The notes: generated from the letters alone by a model not told the origin. Counted from the first letter of the stretch, positions 41,055-51,995 are shown. The stretch: 64,000 bases of DNA from Candidatus Poribacteria bacterium (GCA_965116925.1 OZ220744.1:1504001-1568000); one strand, 5' to 3'. Numbers and translations: made by a program.

Positions 41055-41083
41055 TTGACAACCGACAGGATATATGATAAAGT
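41055..41083 (+). promoter_or_regulatory. Putative sigma70 promoter
   Basis: TTGACA-N17-TAAAGT upstream of the TPP-enzyme gene. Confidence 0.45.
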
Positions 41084-41180
41084 GTCTGAAATAACTCGCT
41101 GAAAATTATACTTGTCGTGTGTGCATTATAGATAGCAAATCCACATAGTTTTGAATGGAATCATAGGAGAGCAAAACATA

Positions 41181-42740
41181 ATGATTAAGATGACCGGAGG
41201 TCAGGCACTAGCAAAATCGCTGTACCGAGAAGGGGTGCGGATCGTATTCGGTTTGCCCGGTGCTGGACAGTATGAGGCAATTGATGGGATTTACGAAGAA
41301 CCGGAGATCCGCTACTTCACTACCCGGCACGAACAAGCCACCACCCACATGGCGGACGGATATGCCCGTGTCAGTGGAAAGATTGCAACGGCGTTGGTAA
41401 TTCCGGGGGCGGGTGTGTTCAACGCCTCCACCGGCATCGCTACCGCTCATTCCGTATCTTCACCGATACTGGTGGTGACGGGTAAACATGACCAAGATAC
41501 TAGCGGTGAGATGCCTTCGATACGCCAGATCACCAAGTGGGCGGCGCGGGCGGCTAACCCCGCTGATGTTCCGGTGATCATCCATGAAGCGTTCCACCAG
41601 TTGAAAACGGGTCGTCCACGTCCTGTCTACATTGAGGTTCCACATGAGGTGTTGGCAGGGGAGGAGGAGGTCAAACTATTTGAGCCTGTGTCATACGACC
41701 CGCCTGCCGGCGATTCAGAGCAAATTGCAGAAGCGGCGCATCTCCTCACACAGGCACAACGTCCTGCTATCTGGGCTGGGACCGGTGTGCAGCGTTCAGG
41801 GGCTTCGCAGGCACTCCAAGCGTTGGCGGAGCATCTGCAAGCACCGGTGGTGACCGGTCGGGAGAGCAAAGGGGTAATATCAGACCGTCACCCGCTTTCT
41901 CTCGGTATGGGGGAACTCCGGTTTGATCCGCTCCGCAAATGGCTCGCACAACGGGATGTCATTCTCGCTGTGGGAACAACAAGGAGTTTCAGTGGAGACA
42001 CCGATAAACAACGAACCATTCGGATTGATATAGATGAGGCGGAAATCGAGCGTACAGCTAACAATTGTCTCGGCATTTTGGGGGACGCACGCTGCTGTTT
42101 GGAAGCGATTCATCGTATCGTTTCAACTACAGTGCCTGTGCGTCCAAACTGTGCAGCAGAGGTACGCGCTATCAATGCTGAACGGTTTGATCCAAAGATT
42201 CAACTCCAACCTCAATGGGGATTTATGCAGGCAATCCGGGCGGCGATTCCTGATGATGGCATCTTCGTTCAAGGTATGAACCAGATGGGGTACTATAGCC
42301 GCAGCTACTATCCGGTGTATGAGCCGAGGAGTTATCTCATTTCGGCGGGTAACCTCGGCGTTGCGTTTCCAGTGGCACTTGGTGCAAAGATAGCAAAGCC
42401 GGATAAGGTGGTGGTAGTTGCTTCCGGTGACGGTGGTTTTCTCTACAACTCGCAGGAGCTAGCGACTGCCGTTCAGTATGGCATCAATGTGGTGGTAATT
42501 GTGTTCAATGACAACGCCTATGGCAATGTCCTCCGCGCCCAAATAGAGCAGTTTGATGGGCACGTGCTAGGAACAGAACTGTATAACCCGGACTTTGTCA
42601 GGTTGGCTGAAGCATACGGTGTGCATGGTGTCAGGGTGCACGACGCTGAAGGGCTGGAATCGGCGTTACGGGAGGCGGTGGCGGCTGATGCGCCACGGGT
42701 TATTGAGGTGCCTGTCGGTAAGATGGACCGGCAATATTAA
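41181..42740 (+). CDS. Thiamine pyrophosphate-binding protein (acetolactate synthase-like family)
   Basis: FGLPG, RHEQATTHMADGYAR and GDGGF...NDNAYG. Confidence 0.9.
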   Translation: MIKMTGGQALAKSLYREGVRIVFGLPGAGQYEAIDGIYEEPEIRYFTTRHEQATTHMADGYARVSGKIATALVIPGAGVFNASTGIATAHSVSSPILVVTGKHDQDTSGEMPSIRQITKWAARAANPADVPVIIHEAFHQLKTGRPRPVYIEVPHEVLAGEEEVKLFEPVSYDPPAGDSEQIAEAAHLLTQAQRPAIWAGTGVQRSGASQALQALAEHLQAPVVTGRESKGVISDRHPLSLGMGELRFDPLRKWLAQRDVILAVGTTRSFSGDTDKQRTIRIDIDEAEIERTANNCLGILGDARCCLEAIHRIVSTTVPVRPNCAAEVRAINAERFDPKIQLQPQWGFMQAIRAAIPDDGIFVQGMNQMGYYSRSYYPVYEPRSYLISAGNLGVAFPVALGAKIAKPDKVVVVASGDGGFLYNSQELATAVQYGINVVVIVFNDNAYGNVLRAQIEQFDGHVLGTELYNPDFVRLAEAYGVHGVRVHDAEGLESALREAVAADAPRVIEVPVGKMDRQY

Positions 42741-42961
42741 CTAGGCTCGTAAAACGTGAAAACCATTTGTTCATTGGTTCATTACTGAGGGGTAGGAAAC
42801 GAGTTCTTTTGAAAATGCACCGCAGAGACGCGGAGGGCGCAGGGAAAAGCGTGGAAGGGTAGGACACCCACCCGATTTTCCAGCCTTTGTAATTCGTAGC
42901 TTTTCATTTTTTCGTTGGTTTCATTTTCAGGGATGCTTTATAATACGACCTACAGGGTTGA

Positions 42962-43030
42962 GGCATATTCAGAAAAAGAAAGTGCAAAACACGAAGAGAA
43001 ACCGAGTTTTGAAGAAAAAACTCGGTTTCC
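42962..43030. repeat. MITE family A partial copy (ends approximate)
   Basis: AAGTGCAAAACACGAAGAGAAACCGAGTTTT..AAAACTCGGTTTC. Confidence 0.65.
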
Positions 43031-43103
43031 GGTGTCTGGTGTGGCAGAGTGGGGCGAAAATCTAGTTTGCTAGGGAAGTTTTACAAGAAAAGGAGGATTT
43101 GCT

Positions 43104-43529
43104 ATGAGTACCTTACTGCATGTGGGGATACGCGCTTCCAACCTTGAGCGTTCAATCCGTTTCTGGCGGGATGGTTTGGGATTGAAGGTTGCCCAGCAGC
43201 GCGGAAACCGTTATGATCTGACGGACGGTTATCACAACTTCGCCGTATTCCAACACCAAGGTGAAGAGCGTCCGGCGCATCTAGGTGGAATGCTCGATTA
43301 CCTACACATCGGTGTCGGCGTGCCTGATGTCGCTGCGGCGGCGAAACGGCTGCGGGAGATGAGATACGAAATCTTTTCTGACGGCCTGGGCGGTAAAGAG
43401 CCGCTGGACCCGGACAATCTCGAAGAGCTCGCATTCAAGGTGGAAGATCCGGACGGGATTACCGTTGATGTGAATGGCACTGATACAAATTGGCCTGGTA
43501 CGACGTTGCACCCGAAACGTGAAGCGTGA
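43104..43529 (+). CDS. VOC/glyoxalase family protein
   Basis: HVGIRASNLERSIRFW..GLG, HIGVGVPDV and EDPDG. Confidence 0.88.
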   Translation: MSTLLHVGIRASNLERSIRFWRDGLGLKVAQQRGNRYDLTDGYHNFAVFQHQGEERPAHLGGMLDYLHIGVGVPDVAAAAKRLREMRYEIFSDGLGGKEPLDPDNLEELAFKVEDPDGITVDVNGTDTNWPGTTLHPKREA

Positions 43530-43556
43530 AACGTAAAACGTGAAATGTAAAAATAA

Positions 43557-43690
43557 TGGCTCATGTAAAAAGAAGGTGCAAAACACGAAGCGAAATCGTA
43601 GGGGCGGGGTCTCCCCGCCCGCCGTAAGGGTTGGGGAACCCAACCCCTACGAATATTCGGTTTCTTTGCACTAAATCTTAACATGAGCGA
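43557..43690. mobile_element. MITE family A copy carrying a GTAG REP-like doublet
   Basis: TIR TGGCTCATGT / ACATGAGCGA, AAATAA direct repeats, and inner GTAGGGGCGGGG...CCCCTAC. Confidence 0.8.
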
Positions 43691-43777
43691 AAATAATTTA
43701 TTGTGGCAATGACAGCCTCACCAACTTGCGTCAAAGGTTGAAAACAGGTGAAAGTTATCCCAAATAGGATGTGAAAA

Positions 43778-44710
43778 ATGACTGACTATCGTTTCAAACT
43801 TGGTATGTACCTTCCTGAATTGCGTCTGCCCTTCGATGAGGCATTGGCAAAGGCAAAGGATATTGGCGCAGAGTATGTTTGGTTTAATAGTTTGCCTGAT
43901 GAACCACCAATCGCTGAGATGAGCGATGCTGAGATAGATCGCATGGGAGAACGGGTTGCACAGCACGGTCTAGAGATTTTCGTGATAGGTGCAAGCAACC
44001 CTTTCAAGCAGCTTCATCTGACCGATTTGGATCTGGAGATGTTGGAGACGCATCCGGCATTTCGGAAGGAGTTCGATAACTTCAAGCGTTCCGTACAGGT
44101 CGCGGTTCGTCTGGGGATACCTGCGGTGAATATTTTCACATTCGCTTGGCCCGGCGAATACAGCGCAGGTAAGCCGACGTGGCCGATGCGCTGGCGGACG
44201 CGGGGTGGTGTCATCGCTGATATTGACATGGAGAAGCTAGTAAAGGCTTTCTCAATGGTGGCAGAGGAAGCAGAAAAATATGACGTTGATGTTGCTTTCA
44301 GTATGATGCCTTGGAACTATACCAATACGACCGGCAACTTCCGCCGTGTTGCCGAAGCGGTTGGTTCAAAGCGGCTTAAAGTCATGTGGGGTCCGGCAGA
44401 TAACACCAACTGTGGTGAATCGGATGCAGCAACCACTGGCTTTGACAATGTGCGTTCCTACCTGCATGGGCTTCACCTGAAGGATCTGCGTGTAATTGAT
44501 GGACTGCATCTCAATTTTGAATACTGTCCTATCGGTGAGGGTGACGTTGATTACCTGACGGTGTTGCGTAACCTACGTGATCATCGCTGCGATGCGGTGT
44601 TATCGGTCGCAACCCATTTTCAGCCGCCTAGTGGCTCCGCTGAAGAAGCGATGCGTATCAATTACGCGAATCTCAAAGCACTCATCCATAAGGTTGAAGC
44701 TGAAGGATAG
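43778..44710 (+). CDS. Sugar phosphate isomerase/epimerase (xylose isomerase-like TIM barrel)
   Basis: LHLKD and PIGEGDVDY. Confidence 0.8.
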   Translation: MTDYRFKLGMYLPELRLPFDEALAKAKDIGAEYVWFNSLPDEPPIAEMSDAEIDRMGERVAQHGLEIFVIGASNPFKQLHLTDLDLEMLETHPAFRKEFDNFKRSVQVAVRLGIPAVNIFTFAWPGEYSAGKPTWPMRWRTRGGVIADIDMEKLVKAFSMVAEEAEKYDVDVAFSMMPWNYTNTTGNFRRVAEAVGSKRLKVMWGPADNTNCGESDAATTGFDNVRSYLHGLHLKDLRVIDGLHLNFEYCPIGEGDVDYLTVLRNLRDHRCDAVLSVATHFQPPSGSAEEAMRINYANLKALIHKVEAEG

Positions 44711-44836
44711 GCAGGCACCCACGAGGGTTGCCCCTACAGTAAGATCCTCGATTTGTAATCGGGCGCACCTGTCGGGACGCGCAACGAATTGCGCTACTAC
44801 AAACTGAAATGTGTAACTCTAGTGAGGGATGGTAGG

Positions 44837-45670
44837 GTGAGTTCTGAAAAACTAACGAATCTTGATCGTCTTTGTGTTCACACGATAACCACTAAGCCGT
44901 GGTCAATTGAAGACATCATCGAAAACTATCCGAAAGCCGGGGTGAAAGCGGTCTCCGTCTGGCGTGACCTTTTGGAAAATCGGGATACGGCGAAAGTTGG
45001 CGGGCAGATTCGGGAAGCCGGAATGGAAGTCGTTTCCCTCGTTCGTGGCGGTTTTTTTACCGGTAGAACGGAAACTGAAATCCAAGCCTCCCTTGACGAC
45101 AACCGACGAGCGATTGATGAAGCTAACGCACTCGGGGCACCGATGGTCGTTCTTGTGTGTGGTGCGGTGCCGGGGCAGCCGATCCAGAAATCACTTTCTC
45201 AGATTCAAACCGGCTTAGAAGCTCTGCTGCCTTATGCCGAGACGCACGATATAAAACTGGGCATTGAACCGCTCCATCCTATGTATGCCGATTCCCGCTC
45301 CGCTATCTGTACGATGAGGACCGCCAATGATTTTGCTGAAAGATTCAATTCTCCCTATATCGGTGTCGTAGTAGATGTCTTTCATCTTTGGTGGGATCCA
45401 GATTTGGAAAACGAATGCAAACGTTGTGGCGAACATGGCAACCTGTTTGCTTTTCACATCTGCGATTGGAAGATGGAGATGGAAGATATGCTCAATGATA
45501 GAGGATTGATGGGGGATGGGGTTATTCGGGTACGGGAGATTCGTTCTTGGGTGGAGGCCGCTGGGTTCAACGGCTTTCACGAAGTTGAGATTTTCTCCAA
45601 CCGCTTGTGGGGGATCGATCAGAAAGAGTTCTTGGAACATATCAAACGGGCGTATCTGGACTATGCGTGA
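44837..45670 (+). CDS. Sugar phosphate isomerase/epimerase
   Basis: IEPLHPMYA, DVFHLWWDP, HICDW and EVEIFS. Confidence 0.88.
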   Translation: MSSEKLTNLDRLCVHTITTKPWSIEDIIENYPKAGVKAVSVWRDLLENRDTAKVGGQIREAGMEVVSLVRGGFFTGRTETEIQASLDDNRRAIDEANALGAPMVVLVCGAVPGQPIQKSLSQIQTGLEALLPYAETHDIKLGIEPLHPMYADSRSAICTMRTANDFAERFNSPYIGVVVDVFHLWWDPDLENECKRCGEHGNLFAFHICDWKMEMEDMLNDRGLMGDGVIRVREIRSWVEAAGFNGFHEVEIFSNRLWGIDQKEFLEHIKRAYLDYA

Positions 45671-45765
45671 ACGTCAATATTTTTGTCTGAATCAGGATTT
45701 TCAGGATTAGATGGCTCAAATTGACACCCATGAGAATCTGAGGAGCGTACATTATTATTGTCTTG

Positions 45766-45920
45766 TAGGAGTTACGCACTTCGCTGGCAAACATCGCACC
45801 CCCCGTACAGGTTAGGCAACCTGTACCCACTATTACAGACTGGGAACCCCCAATTTCTTCAAGAGCAGGTGACGCGCCACGAAGGCAGCGGCGATAGTTA
45901 TATTAACTGCGTAAGTCCTA
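45766..45920. mobile_element. MITE family E copy with 6-bp target duplication
   Basis: TIR TAGGAGTTACGCA / TGCGTAAGTCCTA flanked by GTCTTG on both sides. Confidence 0.85.
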
Positions 45921-46017
45921 GTCTTGATAAGATTGATTCCGTTCCAATAATCCCAATTTATCGGGAGATTCAAAAATCATCTGAATCACGGATTAAGCAG
46001 ATGACACACAAAACACG

Positions 46018-46080
46018 GCTGCTCACGTTAACAACTCGTGCAAAGAAACCGAGTTTTCAAGAAAAAACTCGGTTTCTCTG
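46018..46080. repeat. MITE family A partial copy
   Basis: GCTCACGTAAC...GAAACCGAGTTTTCAAGAAAAAACTCGGTTTC. Confidence 0.7.
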
Positions 46081-46363
46081 AGCAGAAAATTGAGGGAACT
46101 CACGGACGGTTCCGGTGTGAAATAGAAGGAAGCTATTAATCGATCGTGCTATTGTGCAACTGTTGATACAAAGCGCGGAACGTGAAACGTAAAGAGAATT
46201 TGTTCATTGATAAACTAACGGCTGAACGATGTGGAAACGTCATTCTCAAAGGTTATTGTACTATATTTTCATCTGTATTATACAAAAAAGGAGCGCAGTT
46301 TCCTGCCCAAAATATCTAGAATGCGGTTGATATTTCATGGGATCTCTACTGCGAAGATTTTCG

Positions 46364-47281
46364 ATGACTGTTCGTGAGATTCAACAAACCGGACCATATT
46401 GTTACACCTACTCCCCCTTCCATTCGCCCATTGTAGAGGTAACGCCCGGCGAAACGGTCTGCATCCATACGGTAGACGCCTTTGAAAACAAACTGACACC
46501 CGAAGTAGAACGCTTTGAGGATGTTTGTACCTATCCTTTTTTAAACCCGCAGACGGGTCCGATTCTTGTCAAAGGTGCCGAGCCGGGGGATACACTTGTC
46601 GTCAAAATCCACGCCATCGAACCGACGCGGGATCATGCGGTCACCGGGACGGTACCGTACTTTGGGGGGCTGACCTCCACACGGTTGGATCCGATGCTTC
46701 AGGATGCGCTAGAAGAACAGTGGCTTTTCCTGCCGCTTGAGGCGGATGGCATCCGCTTCGACGAAAAGCGGGTGATCCCATACGAACCTTTTATGGGAAC
46801 GATGGGCGTCGCACCGGAGATTGAGGCGGTTAATGCGTTGACTCCCGATTATTATGGCGGTAATATGGACTGTGTTGATACGAGTCCGGGGAACGAGGTG
46901 TGGTTTCCGGTGTTGGTGGAGGGCGCGCACTTTTTCACCGGCGATGCACATGCGAGCCAAGGGGACGGGGAACTCACCGGCGTCGCGCTTGAGATTCCGG
47001 CGAAAGTAACGGTGACCCTCGATCTAAAGAAAGGGTATTCGATCGGGTGGCCCCGTATTGTGAGTGATGATTTTATCATGGTGGCTGGCAGTGCGCGGCC
47101 GTTGGACGCAGCAGCGCGTATCGCTTGGGTGGAATTGATAGACTGGATGGTGGCAGATTACGGGTTTGATCGGATGAGAGCTTATCACTTCCTCGGACAG
47201 GTCGGACAGATGCGGTTGGGCAATATGGTAGATCCAAAATTTACTATGGTCGCCAAGTGTCCACGGAAGTATCTGTTGTGA
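46364..47281 (+). CDS. Acetamidase/formamidase family protein
   Basis: NPQTGPI..GAEPGD, GGNMD and GDAHASQGDGE. Confidence 0.92.
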   Translation: MTVREIQQTGPYCYTYSPFHSPIVEVTPGETVCIHTVDAFENKLTPEVERFEDVCTYPFLNPQTGPILVKGAEPGDTLVVKIHAIEPTRDHAVTGTVPYFGGLTSTRLDPMLQDALEEQWLFLPLEADGIRFDEKRVIPYEPFMGTMGVAPEIEAVNALTPDYYGGNMDCVDTSPGNEVWFPVLVEGAHFFTGDAHASQGDGELTGVALEIPAKVTVTLDLKKGYSIGWPRIVSDDFIMVAGSARPLDAAARIAWVELIDWMVADYGFDRMRAYHFLGQVGQMRLGNMVDPKFTMVAKCPRKYLL

Positions 47282-47306
47282 GCAGTTAAAACACATTGTT
47301 GAATTA

Positions 47307-47440
47307 TGATAGATTTTAGAATTACTTAGACTCTCCCAATACACAGCCAACCCCCTAAATCCCCCTTATCAGGGGGACTTTGGAAACTTCGCGAAGATTA
47401 GAGTTATTGGTATATATCTACTTATCTCTCTAATTTACCA
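47307..47440. repeat. Family-B-like TA-flanked shell with different hairpin cargo
   Basis: TA-TGATAGATTTTAGAATTA...TCTAATTTACCA-TA; inner TCCCCCTTATCAGGGGGA hairpin. Confidence 0.6.
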
Positions 47441-47483
47441 TAAATCACAGCTGAGAGTTTCCTAGGCACGGTAAGGAGTAGCC

Positions 47484-47984
47484 ATGTCACGACCAAAAAT
47501 ACCCGCTGAACTTAAACGGCGTGTTTTACTTGAAGCGGGGCATCGCTGTGCAATTCACACTTGTAGGTACATTGATGCGGTTATTATCCATCACATCATT
47601 CCATGGGCAAAATGTAAAAAGCATGAATATGCAAATCTTATCGCCCTATGTCCTAATTGTCATGCTAAAGCTGATCAAGGTAAAATTGATCGTAAATCCT
47701 TAAGGATTTATAAAGCTAACCTTCGTTACACCTATGATAAATTTAGTAAATTAGAAATTGAAATCCTTTTTGAATTATACAAAGAACCAGAAAAAACAGC
47801 GCGAGAGTTCCCATCGTTTATGATGATTCTGATTAGTCGAATTGTGGATGCTGAATATGTGCGAGTAATCCTCTCACAAAACAAGGTCGAGATATCGGGC
47901 ATGAATGTATCGCCAGTTTACCTTTTATTAACCGATAAAGGCCGCGAGTACATTGATTCTTTAGAGGTTGATCAGGGAAATTGA
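47484..47984 (+). CDS. HNH endonuclease
   Basis: EAGHRCAI..C...HHIIPW...NLIALCPNCH; visibly AT-rich. Confidence 0.88.
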   Translation: MSRPKIPAELKRRVLLEAGHRCAIHTCRYIDAVIIHHIIPWAKCKKHEYANLIALCPNCHAKADQGKIDRKSLRIYKANLRYTYDKFSKLEIEILFELYKEPEKTAREFPSFMMILISRIVDAEYVRVILSQNKVEISGMNVSPVYLLLTDKGREYIDSLEVDQGN

Positions 47985-47985
47985 G

Positions 47986-48297
47986 ATGAAAAAGATTTGG
48001 ATACCCCAAGCAATTGTCATTCCAATGCTATTGTGGGCTCTTAACCCTGCGAATCCCTATGGGTACTATATCCTACTTAGATGGATCTGTTGTGCAGCAT
48101 TCGTATATCTTGCTATTCAAGCATGGCATATCGAGAAAAACGGTTGGGTTTGGATCCTTGGGGTGACAGCGGCTATTTACAATCCTATTCTCAGAGTTCA
48201 CTCAACACGGGAAATGTGGTCGGTTGTAAACTTAATCACCATCGGATTGGCAGTAGTATCTATTTTTGTCCTGAAATCTGATGAAGCAGCACAGTGA
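47986..48297 (+). CDS. Small membrane protein (DUF6804-like)
   Basis: PYGYYILLRW and AIYNPILRVH..RE.W. Confidence 0.7.
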   Translation: MKKIWIPQAIVIPMLLWALNPANPYGYYILLRWICCAAFVYLAIQAWHIEKNGWVWILGVTAAIYNPILRVHSTREMWSVVNLITIGLAVVSIFVLKSDEAAQ

Positions 48298-48338
48298 CAG
48301 CTATGAAAATTGGATTGACCTCAATTAACCTGATAAGG

Positions 48339-48501
48339 TAGGACTTACGCAGTTGAACACTTAGATACCTGTAGTTCGGCGATTTATCGCCGCAAGAGAC
48401 TATCTCCAACGCCCGATGAATCGGGCAACTACAGCAGAGGCTCCATAAGGAGTCCGTAGGGAACGCAGATCTGCGTTCCCTACTGAAGTGCGTAATTCCT
48501 A
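48339..48501. mobile_element. MITE family E copy with REP-like hairpins
   Basis: TIR TAGGACTTACGCA / TGCGTAATTCCTA; inner GTAGGGAACGCAGATCTGCGTTCCCTAC palindrome. Confidence 0.8.
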
Positions 48502-48516
48502 AAGGAAGTAAAATTC

Positions 48517-49158
48517 ATGTATCTAAAAATTGTAGCGGTCGCTTTAGGAATATTTCTGTTGAGCTGCGTAGCCTTTCCTAATCCTAACCCTGACACGGAT
48601 AATATCCCAATCGAGCAATCAGAAACATACAAGTGGCTCACAGAAACGCCCGAAGGTCAAGAGTTGATGCGTCGCGCAAACGAATCGGGTGCGCCCGAAC
48701 AATTCCTGAAAGACTATGTTCGATGGACAAACGAAGGCGAGACACACGAACAAGCGTTGCAGGGTTGGAGAGGTTTCCCCCGACGTATCGCCCGCGATAT
48801 TCAGGAGATACCGAGCGAGCTTAAAACTTTGCGCCGCGATCCGTGGGGTGGGATAGTAGAACACACGATGGAATATGCGTTTACCACGAGGGTATTTGAC
48901 GGTTTGTATAAAATTGTGCGAGGTCAATTTGATTTAACAGACATTTTTGGGGCGCTTTTCATTCCTTGTGTAGTGACTTTTGTTCTCACAAAGCGAGAGA
49001 GACTTAGATCTGCCATGGCTATTATATGGTTTGTAGACTTAATAATTGACCCGAGATTCTGGCTACATCATATAGCAGCCACTACTATTTTAGCCGGACT
49101 GACTTTGCTTGTCCGCTGGGCTATTCAGCGTATTAAAGAAGCATCTGCTAACAGATAA
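48517..49158 (+). CDS. Hypothetical lipoprotein/membrane protein
   Basis: Lipobox LLSC and C-terminal hydrophobic helices. Confidence 0.6.
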   Translation: MYLKIVAVALGIFLLSCVAFPNPNPDTDNIPIEQSETYKWLTETPEGQELMRRANESGAPEQFLKDYVRWTNEGETHEQALQGWRGFPRRIARDIQEIPSELKTLRRDPWGGIVEHTMEYAFTTRVFDGLYKIVRGQFDLTDIFGALFIPCVVTFVLTKRERLRSAMAIIWFVDLIIDPRFWLHHIAATTILAGLTLLVRWAIQRIKEASANR

Positions 49159-49239
49159 AAAATATATTGTGGAACGTGGTAAATCCCTTGCCTTCATTGA
49201 TGAATTAAGAAACTTTTTGAAAAAAGGAAACTATTGAAC

Positions 49240-50772
49240 ATGCTTGCCAGAGTTTTGAGCAGTGCTGTAATGGGAATTGACGCTTATATCGTCGAGGTCG
49301 AGTTGGATATTTCGGACGGATTGCCTGCCTTCGCGACGGTGGGTCTGCCAGATAGTGCTGTCAAAGAGAGCCGAGAGCGTGTCACCGCTGCAATTAAGAA
49401 TTCGGGGTTCTATTTTCCTCCCAGCCGAATCACAGCAAATCTCGCCCCCGCCGATGTTCGGAAAGAAGGGTCAGCGTTCGATTTGCCCATGGCGTTGGGC
49501 GTGATGGCAGCGACCGGGCAGATTCAAACTGGCAATTTTGAACGGCTGTTGGTTCTAGGAGAGCTAGCACTCGATGGGAGTGTTCGGTCGGTGCCTGGCT
49601 GCTTACCGATGGCAGCTATTGCAAAAGAGAATCGGTTCAAGGGTGTTATTCTGCCGAAGGCAAACGCAAAGGAAGCAGCGGTGATTGATGATTTGGAGGT
49701 TTATCCGATAGAGTCTTTGCAAGAGGCGGTTGCACACTTGAATGGACAGCGTACTATTCCTCCCTTCCAATACGATATTCGGGAAGCATTTGACCAACAA
49801 TCAGAGTATCCCGTTGATTTTGTCGATGTCAAGGGACAAGAGCATGTCAAACGGGCGATTGAAGTCGCTGCTGCGGGTGGGCATAACCTCATTATGATCG
49901 GTCCTCCCGGCTCTGGCAAGACTATGATTGCCAAGCGCATCCCGACCATACTGCCGGATATGACGCTAGAGGAAGCTCTTGAAACAACAAAGATTCACAG
50001 CATCATGGGGCTGCTCGGAAATGATGTCCCGTTGATTGCCACACGCCCTTATCGATCTCCACATCACACCATCTCCGATGCCGGACTGATCGGCGGCGGC
50101 AAGTTTCCGCGCCCCGGTGAGGTGAGTCTCTCCCATCACGGCGTGCTGTTTTTAGACGAATTGCCTGAATTCCGCAAGAATGTGCTAGAAGTGATGCGCC
50201 AACCACTCGAGGACGGGCAGGTGGCGATCGCTCGTGCCGCTGCGTCCTACACGTATCCCGCTAATTTCATGCTTGTCGCAGCGATGAATCCGTGTCCGTG
50301 TGGTTTTTTCGGGGATCCCAGCCGCGAATGTCGATGTTCACGACAGCAGATCCAAAATTATATTTCCCGTATTTCGGGACCCTTGTTGGATCGAATTGAT
50401 CTACAGGTAGAAGTCCCGGCGGTCAAGTACAAAGATCTTGCCAGCGAATTTGTGGGTGAACCTTCGGTGAGTATCCGTAAACGGGTACAGCGGGCACGGC
50501 ATATTCAGCAGGAACGTTTCACGCAGGCACAAATCTACTGCAACGCTAATATGGAGTCCCGCCACCTTCGTGAGTTCTGCAAAGTTGAAGACGCCGCACA
50601 GGAGCTGCTGCGCGTTGCTATCACACAGTTGGGGTTGAGTGCACGTGCTTATGACCGCATCTTGAAAGTTGCGCGGACGATCGCTGACCTTGCGGCTAGT
50701 CCAACCATTGAGGCGGAGCATGTTTCGGAGGCGATTCAGTATCGGAGTTTGGACAGGAGTTTTTGGAACTAG
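49240..50772 (+). CDS. comM: YifB/ComM Mg-chelatase-like AAA+ ATPase
   Basis: [36 protein letters not shown] and NPCPCG. Confidence 0.92.
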   Translation: MLARVLSSAVMGIDAYIVEVELDISDGLPAFATVGLPDSAVKESRERVTAAIKNSGFYFPPSRITANLAPADVRKEGSAFDLPMALGVMAATGQIQTGNFERLLVLGELALDGSVRSVPGCLPMAAIAKENRFKGVILPKANAKEAAVIDDLEVYPIESLQEAVAHLNGQRTIPPFQYDIREAFDQQSEYPVDFVDVKGQEHVKRAIEVAAAGGHNLIMIGPPGSGKTMIAKRIPTILPDMTLEEALETTKIHSIMGLLGNDVPLIATRPYRSPHHTISDAGLIGGGKFPRPGEVSLSHHGVLFLDELPEFRKNVLEVMRQPLEDGQVAIARAAASYTYPANFMLVAAMNPCPCGFFGDPSRECRCSRQQIQNYISRISGPLLDRIDLQVEVPAVKYKDLASEFVGEPSVSIRKRVQRARHIQQERFTQAQIYCNANMESRHLREFCKVEDAAQELLRVAITQLGLSARAYDRILKVARTIADLAASPTIEAEHVSEAIQYRSLDRSFWN

Positions 50773-50784
50773 GGAGTCAACTCA

Positions 50785-51969
50785 CTAAAACGCTGCCTCG
50801 AACAGATCTCGCATATCTGCTTCGATGCAGGGACGCGGATTGAATTTATAGCAGTGATCAAGCATAGCGTCCTTCGCTATTTTCGGTATTCGTTCCCATT
50901 TCAAGCCTGCAATCCCCAACCCCTTGGGTATCGCAAACTCCTCGTTCAGAGATCGAATTTCAGCGATAGCGGCATTGGCGGCATCCCCTTTTGACATACC
51001 CGACGTATCAACGCCCAGTGCTGCGGCGATGTCTGCATAACCATCGGCAGCATGAGGCAGGTTGAATTCCATTACCTCCGGAAGTAGGATCGCGTTGGCA
51101 ATACCGTGGGGGATATTGGCTTCTGTTGAGAGTTGATGCGCGAGTGAATGCACGGCACCCAGTCCTTTCTGAAAGGAGAATGCTGCCATTGCGGAAGCGA
51201 TTAACATTTCGCCACGCGCCTTGACATCGTTGCCGTGATGGTAGGCTTGGCGGATATTTTTACCGAGTATCTTCAAGGCTTGCAGCGCGACTCCCTCTGC
51301 AATGGGGTGATACCGTGTCGCCACATACGCCTCAACGCCGTGTGTTACGGCATCCATGCCTGTTGCTGCTGTCAAACCGGGCGGCATACCCACCGTCAAC
51401 TCCGGGTCGAGTAGTGCGAGAGATGCCATGTTATACGGCGTGCTAACCGCCCGCTTCCGATGTCCTTCCGTTGTGCGTCCCGATGTATCGGTGATGATTG
51501 ACCCCTGCGATAGCTCACTGCCGGTTCCTGCTGTTGTTGGTATGCAGATTAATGCTGGAAGATTGCTGCTAATGCGATCAATCCCACCTATATCAACGTA
51601 GTAATTTTCTAACGGCGGTTCGTGGGTGGTCAAGATGCGAATTGCCTTGGCAGCATCCATGACACTTCCGCCACCGACAGCAATTACCACGTCGCAGCCT
51701 TCAGCTTGATAAGCGTCTAGACCTTCAAGGACACTGAGGTCTGTCGGATTTGGTTGAACTGCGTCGAAAATTGCGAAATCGACCTGTGCGTTCTTCAACG
51801 GTTCAATGGTCTTCGATAAAATGCCAGCGTTTGTCACCCCTTCGTCCGTGACAATGAATGGTTTATTTCCGCCGAAAGCGTGTACATGTGCTCCTAAGTT
51901 TTTTATCGCACCGGCACCAAATTGGATTGATGGGGGTAAGAAGTAGTTTATGATGGGTTGTTGTGCCAT
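50785..51969 (-). CDS. Iron-containing alcohol dehydrogenase
   Basis: GGGSVMDAAK, PTTAGTGSE, GMDAVTHGVE, HSLAH and PHG. Confidence 0.92.
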   Translation of the reverse strand: MAQQPIINYFLPPSIQFGAGAIKNLGAHVHAFGGNKPFIVTDEGVTNAGILSKTIEPLKNAQVDFAIFDAVQPNPTDLSVLEGLDAYQAEGCDVVIAVGGGSVMDAAKAIRILTTHEPPLENYYVDIGGIDRISSNLPALICIPTTAGTGSELSQGSIITDTSGRTTEGHRKRAVSTPYNMASLALLDPELTVGMPPGLTAATGMDAVTHGVEAYVATRYHPIAEGVALQALKILGKNIRQAYHHGNDVKARGEMLIASAMAAFSFQKGLGAVHSLAHQLSTEANIPHGIANAILLPEVMEFNLPHAADGYADIAAALGVDTSGMSKGDAANAAIAEIRSLNEEFAIPKGLGIAGLKWERIPKIAKDAMLDHCYKFNPRPCIEADMRDLFEAAF

Positions 51970-51995
51970 TTGTTCTCCATTTCTGGTTTTTTCGC

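Noticed and set aside
47440..48340. Integron cassette array
   Set aside because: No convincing attC sites (RYYYAAC...GTTRRRY) and no integrase.
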